DNA of 64,000 bases. It comes from Macrostomum lignano. Its lineage: Eukaryota. The stretch covers positions 124,001 through 188,000 of the forward strand of contig NIVC01000782.1 in assembly GCA_002269645.1 (NCBI GenBank). The letters run 5' to 3'. Below, piece after piece: positions 49,207 through 62,610 of this stretch. The position numbers and the translations under genes were made by a program. Positions within the stretch are counted from its first letter, which is position 1. Each line of letters opens with the position of its first letter. The notes under the pieces were generated by a model. That model searched no databases and was not told where the DNA came from. It saw only the letters and a program-made list of their open reading frames with translations.

Positions 49207-52200
49207 CTAGTACTAGCTAGAGCTTTAGCAATATATTTATCAACTATTATAGTATTTAATTTTCAATCTAACATGACATAGGCCCCTACACCTACTAGCC
49301 TAAACTAGAGTTTACACTCTACTTCACACATGACAGACCTGTATAACTTCTGAAATTAGTGTCTGAAAATGCGTCAGCAAAAGTTAACTGTTACGACACA
49401 ATAAGTAGACCATCCAAAGTTCCAAAAAGCAAGCTTCCTCCTAAAGGACTGGGGGGTAATTCCACGAGATGATGGTCATTGGGTTAGAGCAAATAATAAT
49501 CAGTAATCATACAAAAAACAAACTAAATTGAGACTGTGAGTTCTATATTTATGGGCGTGACCTCTAGATTGAGATGAGATACATTTTAAAGTCATTTGTC
49601 TTACTGTGTTGATTTAGCAGAGAGAAACTTTCGATGACGGTCGTTTTTAGTGAAAGTTTATGTATCCAACTTTATAACTTAAGTTTAAGATTCCTGCAAA
49701 TCAGGCAAGTTTTTGTCTCAATTGATCATTAATTGTAGTAAACAATAGCTAGATGAATGGTAACAAACAATTATTACATTTTAGTAGATAACTTTAACTG
49801 TGTTGCACATTTTTTCTTAAATGACGGTCGTTGACTGACGGTTGTTTGTTTCAAAAAAATGACCTTCAGTTTTAAAAAGTGTATTAGGATTCTCTATTTT
49901 TAGATACAATCTTGGTTAAAAGATTGTTTATAATCCATAGTTGTTCATATAAAAACTATAACTTGCGTGTCTAACCATAAAATTTATTATATCTGTTTCA
50001 CATTTCAGATCAAACGTACTTATGCACCTTCAACAAAAACATCACTTCATGATTGCACAACTCAACATATGATCATAAAGATGGACAGTCCTAATCTATT
50101 CAAGAATTCAAAGAATAGAATATAACAATTAACAAAACCAAAGGCAAATATAGATTATTTGTTAGGCAATAAGCAGTAGCACCAATGGATAGTAAAAACT
50201 TGAGTCTAGTTAGACTACTTATGCCGAAGATTGGGGCATGTGTTAAGGTGCATTGCAAACTAAAGTGGAGAGTTCTAGGTGCATGGTTAGTAATTAGAAC
50301 AACCTTTTTAATAGTGCAGGTGCAGGTTGAAAATGATTTTATGGTATCAAACAAGTAATTGACAGTATACATTTTTAATAAAAGACTTGAATTCCACTAT
50401 ATTTTTCTTTACAATCAAAACTGTAAAAACTTTGAAAGAGAAATTGAATAAGTAATTCACATTTAAAAAAGACATGATTTTAGAATATCAGTAAATTCAG
50501 TTTTTTGTATAAAATTTAGGAATAAATGATAGTAATTCAGGTTTTATGAAGATCAACAGATTTCAGAATACCAGAAAATGATGGTCATTAGGTAACTTTG
50601 CAGGGTTTTTTTAGCATGTTACACTTATCATAATGTAGTAGTGGTACCTTATTTCTAGGAATTATTGTTTTTGAACTAACGCGAAAATTAATATTCTTTT
50701 GTTATAATACGCGAAATATTCTCAAGTTGTAAGAGTTTGTTTTAAATATACGCGATTGATTGGTATAAATAGGAGAAAGCCGAAGGGATGGAAGAATAAC
50801 TCGTTCGTTAGCTATAAGCTCAAAACGTGTTCGATAAACATTCTCAGATCTTTGCTCATTTTAAAAAGGTATTGAAAGCCAAGAATTGGGAATTCATGCA
50901 GAGAGAGTACTAAGAGTAATCGCTGTGACCCTCTAATCTCGGTAACGCCCAGACTGGAGAGAGAAAGTACATATACCAGTAAGACCGCTCAGGCCATATA
51001 CTAAGAACGCTACCAGACTAATACATAAGACACTACCAGAAACGCTACTAAAAACGCTACCCAGAAAATACATGAGATTCTAAGAAACAGTTAGAAATAC
51101 TAAAAGCAGAATTTAGTATCAGCAGTATAAATTCGATAACAGGGAATTTGAAGGCCTGTCACAACTTGGTGTCAGCGGCTGAGATTTCTAGACAGAGGAA
51201 TTAGCCCTAGTACAACTTGGTAACAGCGGTGAAATCATTTGTAGGGACAGAAGTTACCCCTGGTACAATAAACTAACAAAAATGACTATAAACTTAAATA
51301 TAGGCTCAGAAAATATTTTAGCAAAAAATTATCAACTTATAAACCTCTTGAAAATTAGTACAACAACTTTTTGTAAAAAAAATGATGGTCGTTTTTAACA
51401 CTTAAAAAGGGAAGTCAAACTTTTTAAAATAAAAAATTATGATAGATAGAACTATATTAGATCATAAAACTTTATAATTTCAGTCTTTAGATATAAGAAA
51501 GAAAGATTTTTATTATTTATGCACTTGATGCATTATGTTTATTAACTTTTTTCTTATTGAAAACTAGATTAAACTTTTTATAATGTCCCGCGGGACATTT
51601 AAAATCTTGCAAGGGTACCATGATCAAAACAAAATATATATACCTAGAGGTAGATAAATGTGTATGAAACTACATAAAAATGAAACTATACATAATTATA
51701 TGCAAAATGAAATATTCACATTTGCAAATAATTTTTAAAAATATTTCTATACCTTTGATGACCCTATCATGGAATAACCCTGGGGGTCATCTAAAACGAA
51801 ATAGTCTCTAATTCAATATACAACAATCTTGTCCGTAGTTTGACATTTCAGGGAAGTAAAAAGCTCGAAATTTTTTTATTTATAGATATTGTAGGCCCTG
51901 ACTGCCAGGGAGCCAGTGACTGACTGGCGCTGCAGCCTGCAGGCTGCAGCTAGCCTGCCCTAAGTAAGTAGTACTGACGAGACAATCGTCCTAGTTTTGG
52001 TTTTAGTGGATCGAGCCAATGCTTGATTGGTATGATTGATGCATTCCAGCCAGCGACTAGGCCTAATATGGAAGCGAAATATTATACTGAGTAACTGAGG
52101 GAGGGAGGGTCCAAGGCCAAGCCTTCAAAATTAAAATCGCCGAACTTAAACTGATTTATAATTTCTTAGAAGTTATTCTTTTAAAACAAAGTAGGGGCTA

Positions 52201-53519
52201 GACTCAGATTGATTGGATGCCGACATAAAAGATTTCATCAGCTTCAAGATTACATTCATCAATTTTAAAGATTATACGCGTTTTAGGCCTACACAGTCTG
52301 ATTTTTCATGTTAGAACCACCCGTGTCAGCAGTTTATACGCGAATTCAGCACAATTTTAGGTACGATAAACATGCATATCCTGCATGCTGGTTGCCTTTA
52401 CTGCATGCTGGATACTCGTACATATTGCCTGCACAATGACAAACAAACTAGTACCGTCTAAATTCAATATTGTAGCCTAATCACAACTGAATAGTATTGC
52501 TTTCTATTCGTTAATAAAAAACGGGAGTTAAATACATTTCACTGTACAGAGTTAGTTATTCCTAAAGCAACTTTCGATACATCATCAATTTTGAATATGC
52601 TTAATTTTGAGTACAAGTGCCAGCAGCAGGCTTGTTTGAGCTGACTGCGATCCCTAAAATACAGATATGGATATTAGATATGACTTAGGGGCCTAGCCTA
52701 GATAGATGGATCGTCAGAATATCATTAAAATAGATCATATCATCATCGTTAGGCCTACTACCTGGTTCTGCCACACTGACTAGACTTAGACTAGACTAGA
52801 GTCTAGACCTATTCTATTGGTATAGAAAAATTAAAATCAAACTTGATGGGGTTGGGAAGCACATTGATCATTAAATATAGGCCTACCAAATAAATCAAGT
52901 TTTAATGCATGGGGATAATAATAAGCTTTTAATATCAAAGCATTTTATTTTTAAAACCAAACAAAAAGTAAATGGTTAATTTCTAGCATAAAAAGTTCAT
53001 TAGGCCAGGCCTACATTTATAAAATAAGAATGTTTTGACTAAATTCTTATTTTTGTTATTTAAATTTTGTTTTTGCCCCTAAATTATTGTGGCCATAATC
53101 ATGGATATTTTGTATCTAGACTTTTCTTTCCTGCAAACATTTATTTTATCAAAGGTTATATTATTATAATTATGATATATCTATATTTATATAGCATTAG
53201 GTAAGATTATGTTATTTAACCATTTTCATATTATAGTTCTAAAAAATTATAAAATTTAATGGTTACTTATAATATAAATCTATGTTTATATGCTAGTTTT
53301 GTTAATTAATATTTGTTGCCTTGGATTGGTAATTAACATGGTTAAATAATCTATGACCAAATTGGCTTAGGGGTAAAATAGTCTATAGGTGAAATTGTTT
53401 TAAATGCGAAATTTCCATAGCTAACATAGCTTAAGGGAATAATGACTAGTTATTTTTTAATAGGTTTGCTAATTTGCTTTGTTTTTTTTACCCAAGAAAC
53501 AAATTTTTTAGATGCAGAA

Positions 53520-54240
53520 TTATATACCCTCTATACCCTCCCTATATTCTCCCTGTACCTTCCATACCCTTCATATACCCATCTTTATCTCTCTACATCC
53601 TCCATACCCCTTCCCTATACCCTAATGCTCTCTATATACCCTCTGTACACTCCATACCTTCCTATACTCTCTATACTCTCCCTATATCTCTCTATACCCT
53701 CCATACTCTTTATACTCTCCCTATACCCATTTATACCCTCCCTATATACCTTCTCTGTACCTCCATACCCTCGCTATACCCTCCATACCCTTCCTATACC
53801 CTCCATACCCTTCCTATACCTTCCATACCCTCCATACTTTTTCTATACCCACCCATGGCCTCCCTGTACCCTCTATGCCCTCCATATACCCTCAATACTC
53901 TCCCTATACCCTCCATACCCTTCTATACCCATTCATACCCTCCATATACCCTCCATACCATCCCTATACCCTCCATACCATTCCTATACCCTCCATACCA
54001 TCCCTATACCCTCCGTACCATCCCTATACTCTCCTTATAACCTCTCCATACCCTCCATACCCTCCATACTTTTTCTATACCCACCCATGGCCTCCCTGTA
54101 CCCTCTATGCCCTCCATATACCCTCAATACTCTCCCTATACCCTCCATACCCTTCTATACCCATTCATACCCTCCATATACCCTCCATACCATCCCTATA
54201 CCCTCCATGCCCTCCCTATACTCTCCATACAATCCTGCTT
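53520..54240. repeat. Pyrimidine-rich (ATACCCTCC)-type satellite with a ~232-bp higher-order duplication
   Basis: Block ATACCCTCCATACTTTTTCTATACCCACCCATGG at ~53826 and ~54058. Confidence 0.88.
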
Positions 54241-54409
54241 TTCCTATACTTCTCCTTCCCGCGTTATACTTTTCCCTATCCAGCCTCTACTATCCCCTCT
54301 TTCCACCTCCAGCGCCTCCCCCTCTCTAGCCCCTACCCTCTCTTCCTTTACTTTCCAGCCCCCATCCTCTACTCCTTTCCAGCGCCCACCCTCTTCTCCC
54401 ATCAGCCCC

Positions 54410-54915
54410 CACCCTCTCCTCCACTCCAGCGCCCTCCCTCTCCTCCACTCCAGCGCCCTCCCTCTCCTCCACTCCAGCGCCCTCTCTCTCCTCCACTCCA
54501 GCGCCCTCCCTCTCCTCCACTCCAGCGCTCTCTCTCTCCTCCACTCCAGCGCCCTCCCTCTCCTCCACTCCAGCGCCCTCCCTCTCCTCCACTCCAGCGC
54601 CCTCCCTCTCCTCCACTCCAGCGCCCTCCCTCTCCTCCACTCCAGCGCCCTCCCTCTCCTCCACTCCAGGGCCCTCCCTCTCCTCCACTTCAGCGCCCTC
54701 CCTCCCCTCCACTCCAGCGCCCTCCCTCTCCTCCACTCCAGCGCCCTCCCTCTCCTCCACTCCATCGCCCTCCCTCTCCTCCACTCCAGCGCCCTCCCTC
54801 TCCTCCACTCCAGCGCCCTACCTCTCCTCCACTCCAGCGCCCTCCCTCTCCTCCACTCCAGGGCCCTCCCTCTCCTCCACTCCAGGGCCCTCCCTCTCCT
54901 CCACTTCAGCGCCCA
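54410..54915. repeat. 24-bp polypyrimidine satellite (CTCTCCTCCACTCCAGCGCCCTCC), about 21 units
   Basis: Direct reading. Confidence 0.95.
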
Positions 54916-56019
54916 CCCTCTACTCTCCTTGGTTATGCCTTTGTTACGCTCTTCCCTCCTCTCTGTTTTACTTACTGTGTCATGCATAACCCGTCTGCTA
55001 CAGTGTTTTTAAATAGCCTTTTATACCCTCCTCTTTCCCTAGCCCCTCCTCCCCCGGCGGCTCCCCTTCTCGTAGCTCTGCTAATAAAATCGTAATTCTT
55101 CTTCTCTTCAGAATAATTTGCCCAGCTGCGAACTGTGATGGTGCATACCGGGTACTCGCAATTTAAAAAGCGTATGCTTTTTACTGATTTAATTCCGACG
55201 CAACCAAGCAAATCGTTTACTTTCAAGTCCGTGCATTTTTCTTGTGTTTAACTTTTCACCGTTCGGCGTTAATGCCGTGTGGCGTTGGTGTAATACTATC
55301 GCGAAATTCAATTTCCAATGTCATTATATAACTATTGTCGCTTTTCTGTATTACAACTATATACTATACTTCTGCATTTATTGACGTAACATTGTGCCAA
55401 TAATGTCACATTGTGTGGCCCCAATATGAATCTGTTGCTGAATGCAACTTATAGCGCAATGACCATTTTAATCGCTTGAAATACATTGTAATGTAATACT
55501 GTATCGCTTTTGGCAATCGAAACGAGACTTTAGCCAGACTCCTCACTGATCCAAATGCTCCTCAAGCAAAGGTACGAGTATATGGAAAGCAGACTGAGCT
55601 CCGCAGACTTAGTATATTTGATCTTCGGATCGCGGATAGAACCAAGGAAATCTTGATACGTAAATAAAATTGGAGTCACTTTTCCTACTTCCACTTCCCT
55701 GCTCTTTCCCTGACCACAGTCTGTGCCCCAGGCTTAAGTTAGACCAACGCAAAATACTAACCTGAATAGGAAGCAAGCAACTCACTTCCCATCACTCTAG
55801 TCTTTTTCTGCCACTGTTGTCTTGCAATACTCGCAAAGATCTCGTATGGCGTCCTATTTGAATTGGCGCAAGTCTCGTTTACATAGTCGAAAGCAATACT
55901 GGTGCCAATTATTTGTGTCGATCAAGTTTCCTAGAGAATGATTTGTTGATAACTGTATATTTGCTGTCTTAGAGCTGCACGCTGTGTTTAACCATTACTT
56001 TGTCGTAGAGGAGCTGATG

Positions 56020-56732
56020 AAGGGAGGCGTTGGGGCGGACCTTTTGGAGGGGCGGAGCTGATGGGGGCGGTAGCGGTGGAGCTTTTGGAGGGGCGGAGCT
56101 GATGGGGGCGGTAGGGGCGGAGCTGATGGGGGGCGGTAGGGGCGGAGCTGATGGGGGGCGGTAGGGGTGGAGCTGATGGGGGGCGGTAGGGGCGGAGCTG
56201 ATGGGGGCGGTAGGGGTGGAGCTGATGGGGGCGGTAGGGGCGGAGCTGATGGGGCGGTAGGGGCGGAGCTGATGGGGGCGGTAGGGGCGGAGCTGATGGG
56301 GGGCGGTAGGGGCGGAGCTGATGGGGGGCGGTAGGGGCGGAGCTGATGGGGGCGGTAGGGGTGGAGCTGATTGGGGGCGGTAGGGGTGGAGCTGATGGGG
56401 GGCGGTAGGGGTGGAGCTGATGGGGGGCGGTAGCGGCGGAGCTGATGGGGGCGGTAGCGGCGGAGCTGATGGGGGGCGGTAGGGGCGGAGCTGATGGGGG
56501 CGGTAGGGGCGGAGCTGATGGGGGCGGTAGGGGCGGAGCTGATGGGGGGCGGTAGGGGCGGAGCTGATGGGGGGCGGTAGGGGCGGAGCTGATGGGGGCG
56601 GTAGGGGCGGAGCTGATGGGGCGGTAGGGGCGGAGCTGATTGGGGCGGTAGGGGCGGAGCTGATGGGGGCGGTAGGGGCGGAGCTGATGGGGGGCGGTAG
56701 GGGCGGAGCTGAGGGGGGCGGTAGGGGCGGAG
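56020..56732. repeat. G-rich 23-25-bp satellite (GGGGCGGAGCTGATGGGGGCGGTA)
   Basis: Direct reading; two G4-6 runs per unit. Confidence 0.95.
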
Positions 56733-56949
56733 CCCTACGTGTACGTGTATTCGAGCTACGCTGGTAGTGCAGTTGTTTGTCTAGTATAGTTTATACATGC
56801 GTATACTGTATGTACATGTAGTCTCACAATCCCAGCAAAAGCTAGACATTTTATTTCTTTGGTTAGTAATCGTGGGGATATTAGATCCACATGCAGCTAT
56901 ATCGTCATTCGGTCAAGTTATGAACCCAGTCCCGCTCGATCCAGTTGCA

Positions 56950-57875
56950 CAGATTCTCAATTGGATTGCCAGTCCATGGTGCGGATGTTGTTCTCAGCAA
57001 GCTTCGGATCGTTGTCCTGCTGAAACTGGCAGCACATACCGGCGACCATCAGAACCAGTGCGGGAAAATTTGCTCTCATCACTTCAGATGACCTTGGCCC
57101 CAGTCCTGGGGTGTAGAGCTTGCATGTTGCTTCGCCCAGTTCAAGCGCCGCTTCCGGTTTTTGTCGGAGATGAATGGCTTCTTCCTAGCAATGCGGCCAT
57201 GCAGTCCGGCAGCTACCAGACGGCGGCGGACAGTCATAGGGTGCAGCTGGACACCTGAAGTTCACGGCTGATGTCCACAGCGGTTAGCCGACGGTTGGAC
57301 TCGGGCATTCGCACAATTCGTCGATCCAGTCGGTGGTCAGTTTTCGGTGCCCGCCAGGTCTTGAGGCACAGCCTGTGCTGCCAGTGCTGCTGAGGCGCCT
57401 GAATGCTTGCTGCTGGACGCACGTTTTCTGCGTACGTGACTTTGGCACGCTGGGAAACTCCTTGGTCGAACAGGGCCCTGATTTTCCTACACGATTCAGG
57501 CGATAGAGCTTTGCCTTTCCCATTCTAGGAGAGTTCGAGATCATTTTTGCTTGGGTTGTATTGAATTTGATGTTTTGGACTTGGACTTGGATGTTTTGGA
57601 CTTTGGAATCAGCAGGGCCACTGTTGTAGCACCTTTTAGCCCAATTAATTAAGTGGTCTCATTACTGTGTGACTTATCAAATTCGATTGTGAGATAAGGA
57701 CTTCAATTAAACAGACTCAATTGTGAGTAATTACACAACACATAACTATAATTTTACTGATTGATACCACGGTTATCTATAACTGATTAGATTAAATGCT
57801 TCCGCAATCTGTGAAGGTTATGAAACTAAAAGTTCGAATTTGTGTTAGGTGGTCTTAATTCATTGTGCGCCACTT
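56950..57875 (-). mobile_element. Decayed Tc1-family DNA transposon (transposase pseudogene, one TIR-like end)
   Basis: Minus-strand pieces KTDHRLDRRIVRM..RRLTAVDISREL, TVRRRLVAAGLHGRIARKKPFISDKNRKRRLNWAKQH and VI*SDESKF (WSDESKF with TGG->TGA), with frameshifts. TIR-like AGTGGCGCACAATGAATTAAGACCACC near 57850-57875. Confidence 0.85.
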
Positions 57876-59635
57876 TATGTATAATGTTGCTGAGTACTTT
57901 CAAGGCTCAATCCAACTACATGTACCATGTCGGAGTGGCCGTCTAAATATGGCTAAAACACACTAAAAATAAAGCCTGAGAATTTGCATTTACATTGAGA
58001 TAAGTAGTAGACCTTGGAACTGGTTAACAGGCCTCAAAACGAGGCAATTGTGTTTTAAATTGAAACTAAACTGATACTGAAATTGAGCATGAAAAAGACG
58101 TACGCTCAAAATCATTCAAAAACGACGTTAATTTGCTCTCACCGTTAATGGAGAGCCGAAACTGATACAGTGGCGTTAATTTCAATTCCTGACTACTGGC
58201 GGCAGCCCCATCATTTTCTCTATAATGCAGCTGCTATCTCACGGGAGCTGCAAACACAGCTTTTAAATTGGGCTGAGTAGCTGATTGGGCCGCCTTAATT
58301 GTTTCCACGGCGCCTCCGGTGTGCAGGGAATACATGTAGCTGGTCATTCGGGCATGGATCCTTGTCCAGATGTATGAGGGGCACTACGAAAGTTCTGAGC
58401 CATTCGATGGCATTGGATACATGTACGAGTGTCCCTTGACGTGTGCGACAACCCAGTGAAAAATGATTCATGGATTCCACGTGGGTTCCACGTGGCCATG
58501 TGGAATTTAAATGTTTCTTTATTTTTTGCAAATTAATAACTTAAAGATGACATAATGGTATGCAAAGTATTTTTTATGCATTATTTTTTTATTTTTACTG
58601 TCCTAATGTTGATGTGGATTTTACAAGGAATTCATGAGAAATAAGCGTATATTGATTCAACATGGAATCCACTTCGGTAAAAAACTGTGATACACCACAT
58701 TCAGACATTTTTAGGAAATTACTATAATTAATTATTATATTTATATGTTTTTAAGTAAAAATTAATATCTTAAAGCTAAATTATAATCGGCAAATAAAAC
58801 ACTGTTTGTTAAAATAGACAAAATAGAAGTGAACAATAAAAAACCCTTCGTGCTTTTTAAAATTAAATTTATTTTATTTTATATTCGTCAATGTTTTGAT
58901 TCAAGGCCTTGAAAGATAAATTGCCTTGTTTATGGCTATTTAAGCACCTTAAAAATTTTAGTAGACCTAGCCTATAGGCAATAACTTATCAGGCCATAGC
59001 CTCCATGAGATTAGAAATTAGATAAATCAGTATTTTATCATAGATAGGCCTAATACTTTTGGTAAAATCCATGATAAATTTATTTAGGCCTAGGCCTCCA
59101 ATTTCTAGGAATCCCATGGCCATGTCCATAGATTGGCTACTCATTTTTTTAACTTAAATAGGCCTTTAGAAGTTCATAATTTCCTCTTAGTCCTACCTAT
59201 TAGTCCTATCTATTTATATGTATGCTTAATAGGTGTATTTTAAGCTAGGCCTGCTATAACTATCAATTTAGGTCCTTCTATTTTAATTAAGGTTAGGACT
59301 AGCTTGACTTTGTGAATTGTGACTAGTCAATCTAGTTAATATGTTAAAAATCAATTAATTTATGATTTTCTTCAAAAAAGTCTGTTAGCATCTTTTGGAC
59401 TTGTTGCATTTTTAATAACAATATTATTAATTATAATAAATAATTCTTTGCAATTACACTTGCAACTTGCTTTTGGCATAGCTAGCCTAGCAGATCCCTA
59501 AGGTTGCTAATAAAAATAAAGAATGATTATTGTAAATTTGATCTGATTTAGGCCAAGTCCAGAATTTAATTTTAAGCCATAGGGCATAGCTATTTAGGCT
59601 TAGGTTAGGCCTAGGCCTAATGTTTAATTATACTA

Positions 59636-59994
59636 TTTTTTTATTAGAGGCAGGGGGGTTGTGTGCACCCTGGCGCACTTTAAGCGACATAGGCACACAA
59701 CTGGCAAGAGGCATTGCTGCCCATTCCGCCGACTCCCCTGAGCAGGCACACAAGTATTTGGATATATATGCAAGCACACTCACACAGGAATGTACAGCGG
59801 CCCTAGCTTTATTTATTGTTAGGCATGTATACTTCACTGTGCCTTGGGGGTTGGCTCTCAAGGCCATTAATTGCATGAGCAGAGAGCCAAGCTGAGATTC
59901 CAATTCAGCCCCAAATTAATATGACTGCACTTGGATTCAAGCTTGGGTCGCTGGCACACCAGAGCAGCTGCGCTACCACTTGGCTACGGCCCCC
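59636..59994 (-). mobile_element. tRNA-derived SINE family 2, second copy
   Basis: Reverse-complement homology to 39257-39616 over the full length; a further 3' fragment at ~60410-60490. Confidence 0.87.
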
Positions 59995-60599
59995 GCTTTT
60001 AATCATACTAGGCCAGCAAATATAAAAAACATGCATTGCTTTGCCTAAATACTTTATAGTCTAAAATCAATTTTAAAATAAAAAATTAAATTTATAGAAA
60101 CATATATTAATTATTTTTATACTTATTATTTTAATTTTATTAATTTTATTTTATTGATTGACTTAGGTAGGGTTTTCTTTTTTGCTAGAGACAAGGTGCA
60201 AAATCATACCCTATCATGCTCACTTTTAGGGTTTTATGATTTTAAGGCTTAGAATGCAGTTTCTTTTTTTTTATATAAAGGCAATGCAAATAAGGCTTCA
60301 ACATAAAAATAGGTAATGAGATCGTACCTAAACTGTATCAACTTTTTAATTTCAGTTTTCAAGGTACAATTTTAAGATTTAGGGTGCACTTGACTTACTT
60401 GACTTAGCTGCAGGGGGCTCTGTGCATCCAGAAACAGCGAGGAGGCATTGCTGCCCATTTTGCTAACCCCTGGCAAAGGCATATGCACACTTTGCACTTA
60501 AAAAATAAACCTAGGACTTAGGCCTAGTTAATTTTAAAATAAACTTTATTAAGTATTCATCCTTAAATTAGTTTTATGAATTATATCAATCCTATATAC

Positions 60600-60700
60600 T
60601 AAAAATGGTCTGTCTGTGTCTATGTGATCGATTAGAGAAAAAATGGCTGGACCGATTTTGTTCGAACTTGCACTGTTCGATCAGAAATTTTCCCGTGACT
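60600..60700 (+). mobile_element. Possible non-autonomous Helitron/Helentron (DINE-like) 5' fragment
   Basis: TCTGTCTGTGTC followed by AAATGGCTGGACCGATTTTGTTCGAACTTG, resembling the GGCTGAACCGATTTTGATGAAATTTG motif of such elements. Confidence 0.4.
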
Positions 60701-61194
60701 GTACATGCATCGTGGCTAAGAAATTGCTCGATGCTAAAGGCATTAAATATTTGAAAAACATGCTTTTTTGCAAAGGTCAAGCAAACTTTTCGACTTGAAA
60801 TGCATTGTAAGAATGCTAGAGAACAAACTGACTGGTTGAATTCTGATTCTGAAATAGATTGCATCATAACTGAATTGTAACTCCGACTTGAATTGAAAAT
60901 GCAGTGTGGAAGCGTAGCACCAGACTTGATTTAAATTGCGTAACCATATTGTTAACTGATACTGACTGACTGGATATTGATTATGTCATAACTGCTTCGT
61001 GTGATTTACTCTATGCTTGGATTTTAAAGTGTTGAATTATATAAGTGCAAAATTTGATGTTATCAAAACGATGAGAGCTAGCCTAGAGGTGAACAAACTG
61101 AACTGCTAAATGCAAAGACGATGGTTCGAATTTTCATAGAGTATAATTTTTTTAATTAAAGCTTTTCAACGTCAGGAAAACTAAGACTTTTTAA

Positions 61195-62610
61195 AAAGAA
61201 GCGTCATGTAAAAATCATAGAAGCGTCATGTAAACAATCATAGAAGCGTCATGTAAACAATCATAGAAGTGTCATGTAAAAAATCATAGAAGCGTCATGT
61301 AAACAATCATAGAAGCGTCATGTAAAGAATCGTAGAAGCGTCATATAAAAATCATTGAAGCGTCATTTAAAAAATCATAGAAGCGTCATGTGAAAATCAT
61401 AGAAGCGTCATGTAAAAAATCATAAAAGCGTCATGTAAAAAAATCATAGAAGCGTCATGTAAACAATCATAAAAGCGTCATGTAAACAATCATAGAAGCG
61501 TCATGTAAACAATCATAGAAGCGTCATGTAAACAATCATAGAAGCGTCATGTAAACAATCATAGAAGCGTCATGTAAACAATTATAGAAGCGTCATGTAA
61601 AAAATCATAGAAGCGTCATGTAAAAAAATCATAGAAGCGTCATGTAAAAAATCATAAAAGCGTCATGTAAACAATCATAGAAGCGTCATGTAAACAATCA
61701 TAGAAGTGTCATGTAAAAAATCATAGAAGCGTCATGTAAACAATCATAGAAGCGTCATGTAAACAATCATAGAAGCGTCATGTAAACAATCATAGAAGCG
61801 TCATGTAAAAAATTGTAGAAGCGTCATGTAAACAATCATAAAAGCGTCATGTAAACAATCATAGAAGCGTCATGTAAAAAATCATAGAAGCGTCATGTAA
61901 AAAATTCATAGAAGCGTCATGTAAAAAATCATAAAAGCGTCATGTAAACAATCATAGAAGCGTCATGTAAACAATCATAGAAGCGTCATGTAAACAATCA
62001 TAGAAGCGTCATGTAAAAAAATTGTAGAAGCGTCATGTAAACAATCATAAAAGCGTCATGTAAACAATCATAGAAGCGTCATGTAAACAATCGTAGAAGC
62101 GTCATGTAAACAATCATAGAAGCGCCATGTAAAAAATCGTAGAAGCGTCATATAAAAATCATAGAAGCGTCATGCAAAAAATCATAGAAGCGTCATGTTA
62201 ACAATCATTCAAGTGTCATGTAAAAAATTGTAGAAGCGTCATTTAAAAATTATAGAAGCGTCATGTAAACAATCATAGAAGCGTCATGTAAAAAATCATA
62301 GAAGCGTCATTTAAAATCATAGAAGCGTCATGTAAACAATCATAGAAGCGTCATGTAAACAATCATAGAAGCGTCATGTAAACAATCATAGAAGGGTCAT
62401 GTAAAAAATCATAGAAGCGTCATTTAAAAATCATAGAAGCGTCATGTAAACAATCATAGAAGCGTCATGTAAAAAATCATAGAAGCGTCATGTAAAAAAT
62501 CATAGAAGTGTCATGTAAAAATCATAGAAGCGTCGTGAAAAAATCATAGAAGCCTCATTTAAAAACTAATGAAAGTGTCATTTAAAAAATTAAGAAGCAT
62601 CATGGTAGAA
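61195..62610. repeat. 23-bp AT-rich satellite (ATCATAGAAGCGTCATGTAAACA), about 60 units
   Basis: Direct reading; variable A-run. Confidence 0.96.

Noticed and set aside
53442-55095. Pro/Tyr-rich extensin-like ORFs (up to 406 aa)
   Set aside because: All frames stay open because the satellites are pyrimidine-rich; no unique coding flanks.
55540-55920. Two ~50-60 codon open frames on the minus strand with possible splice sites
   Set aside because: No start codon, no domain and weak splice support; cannot be distinguished from chance.
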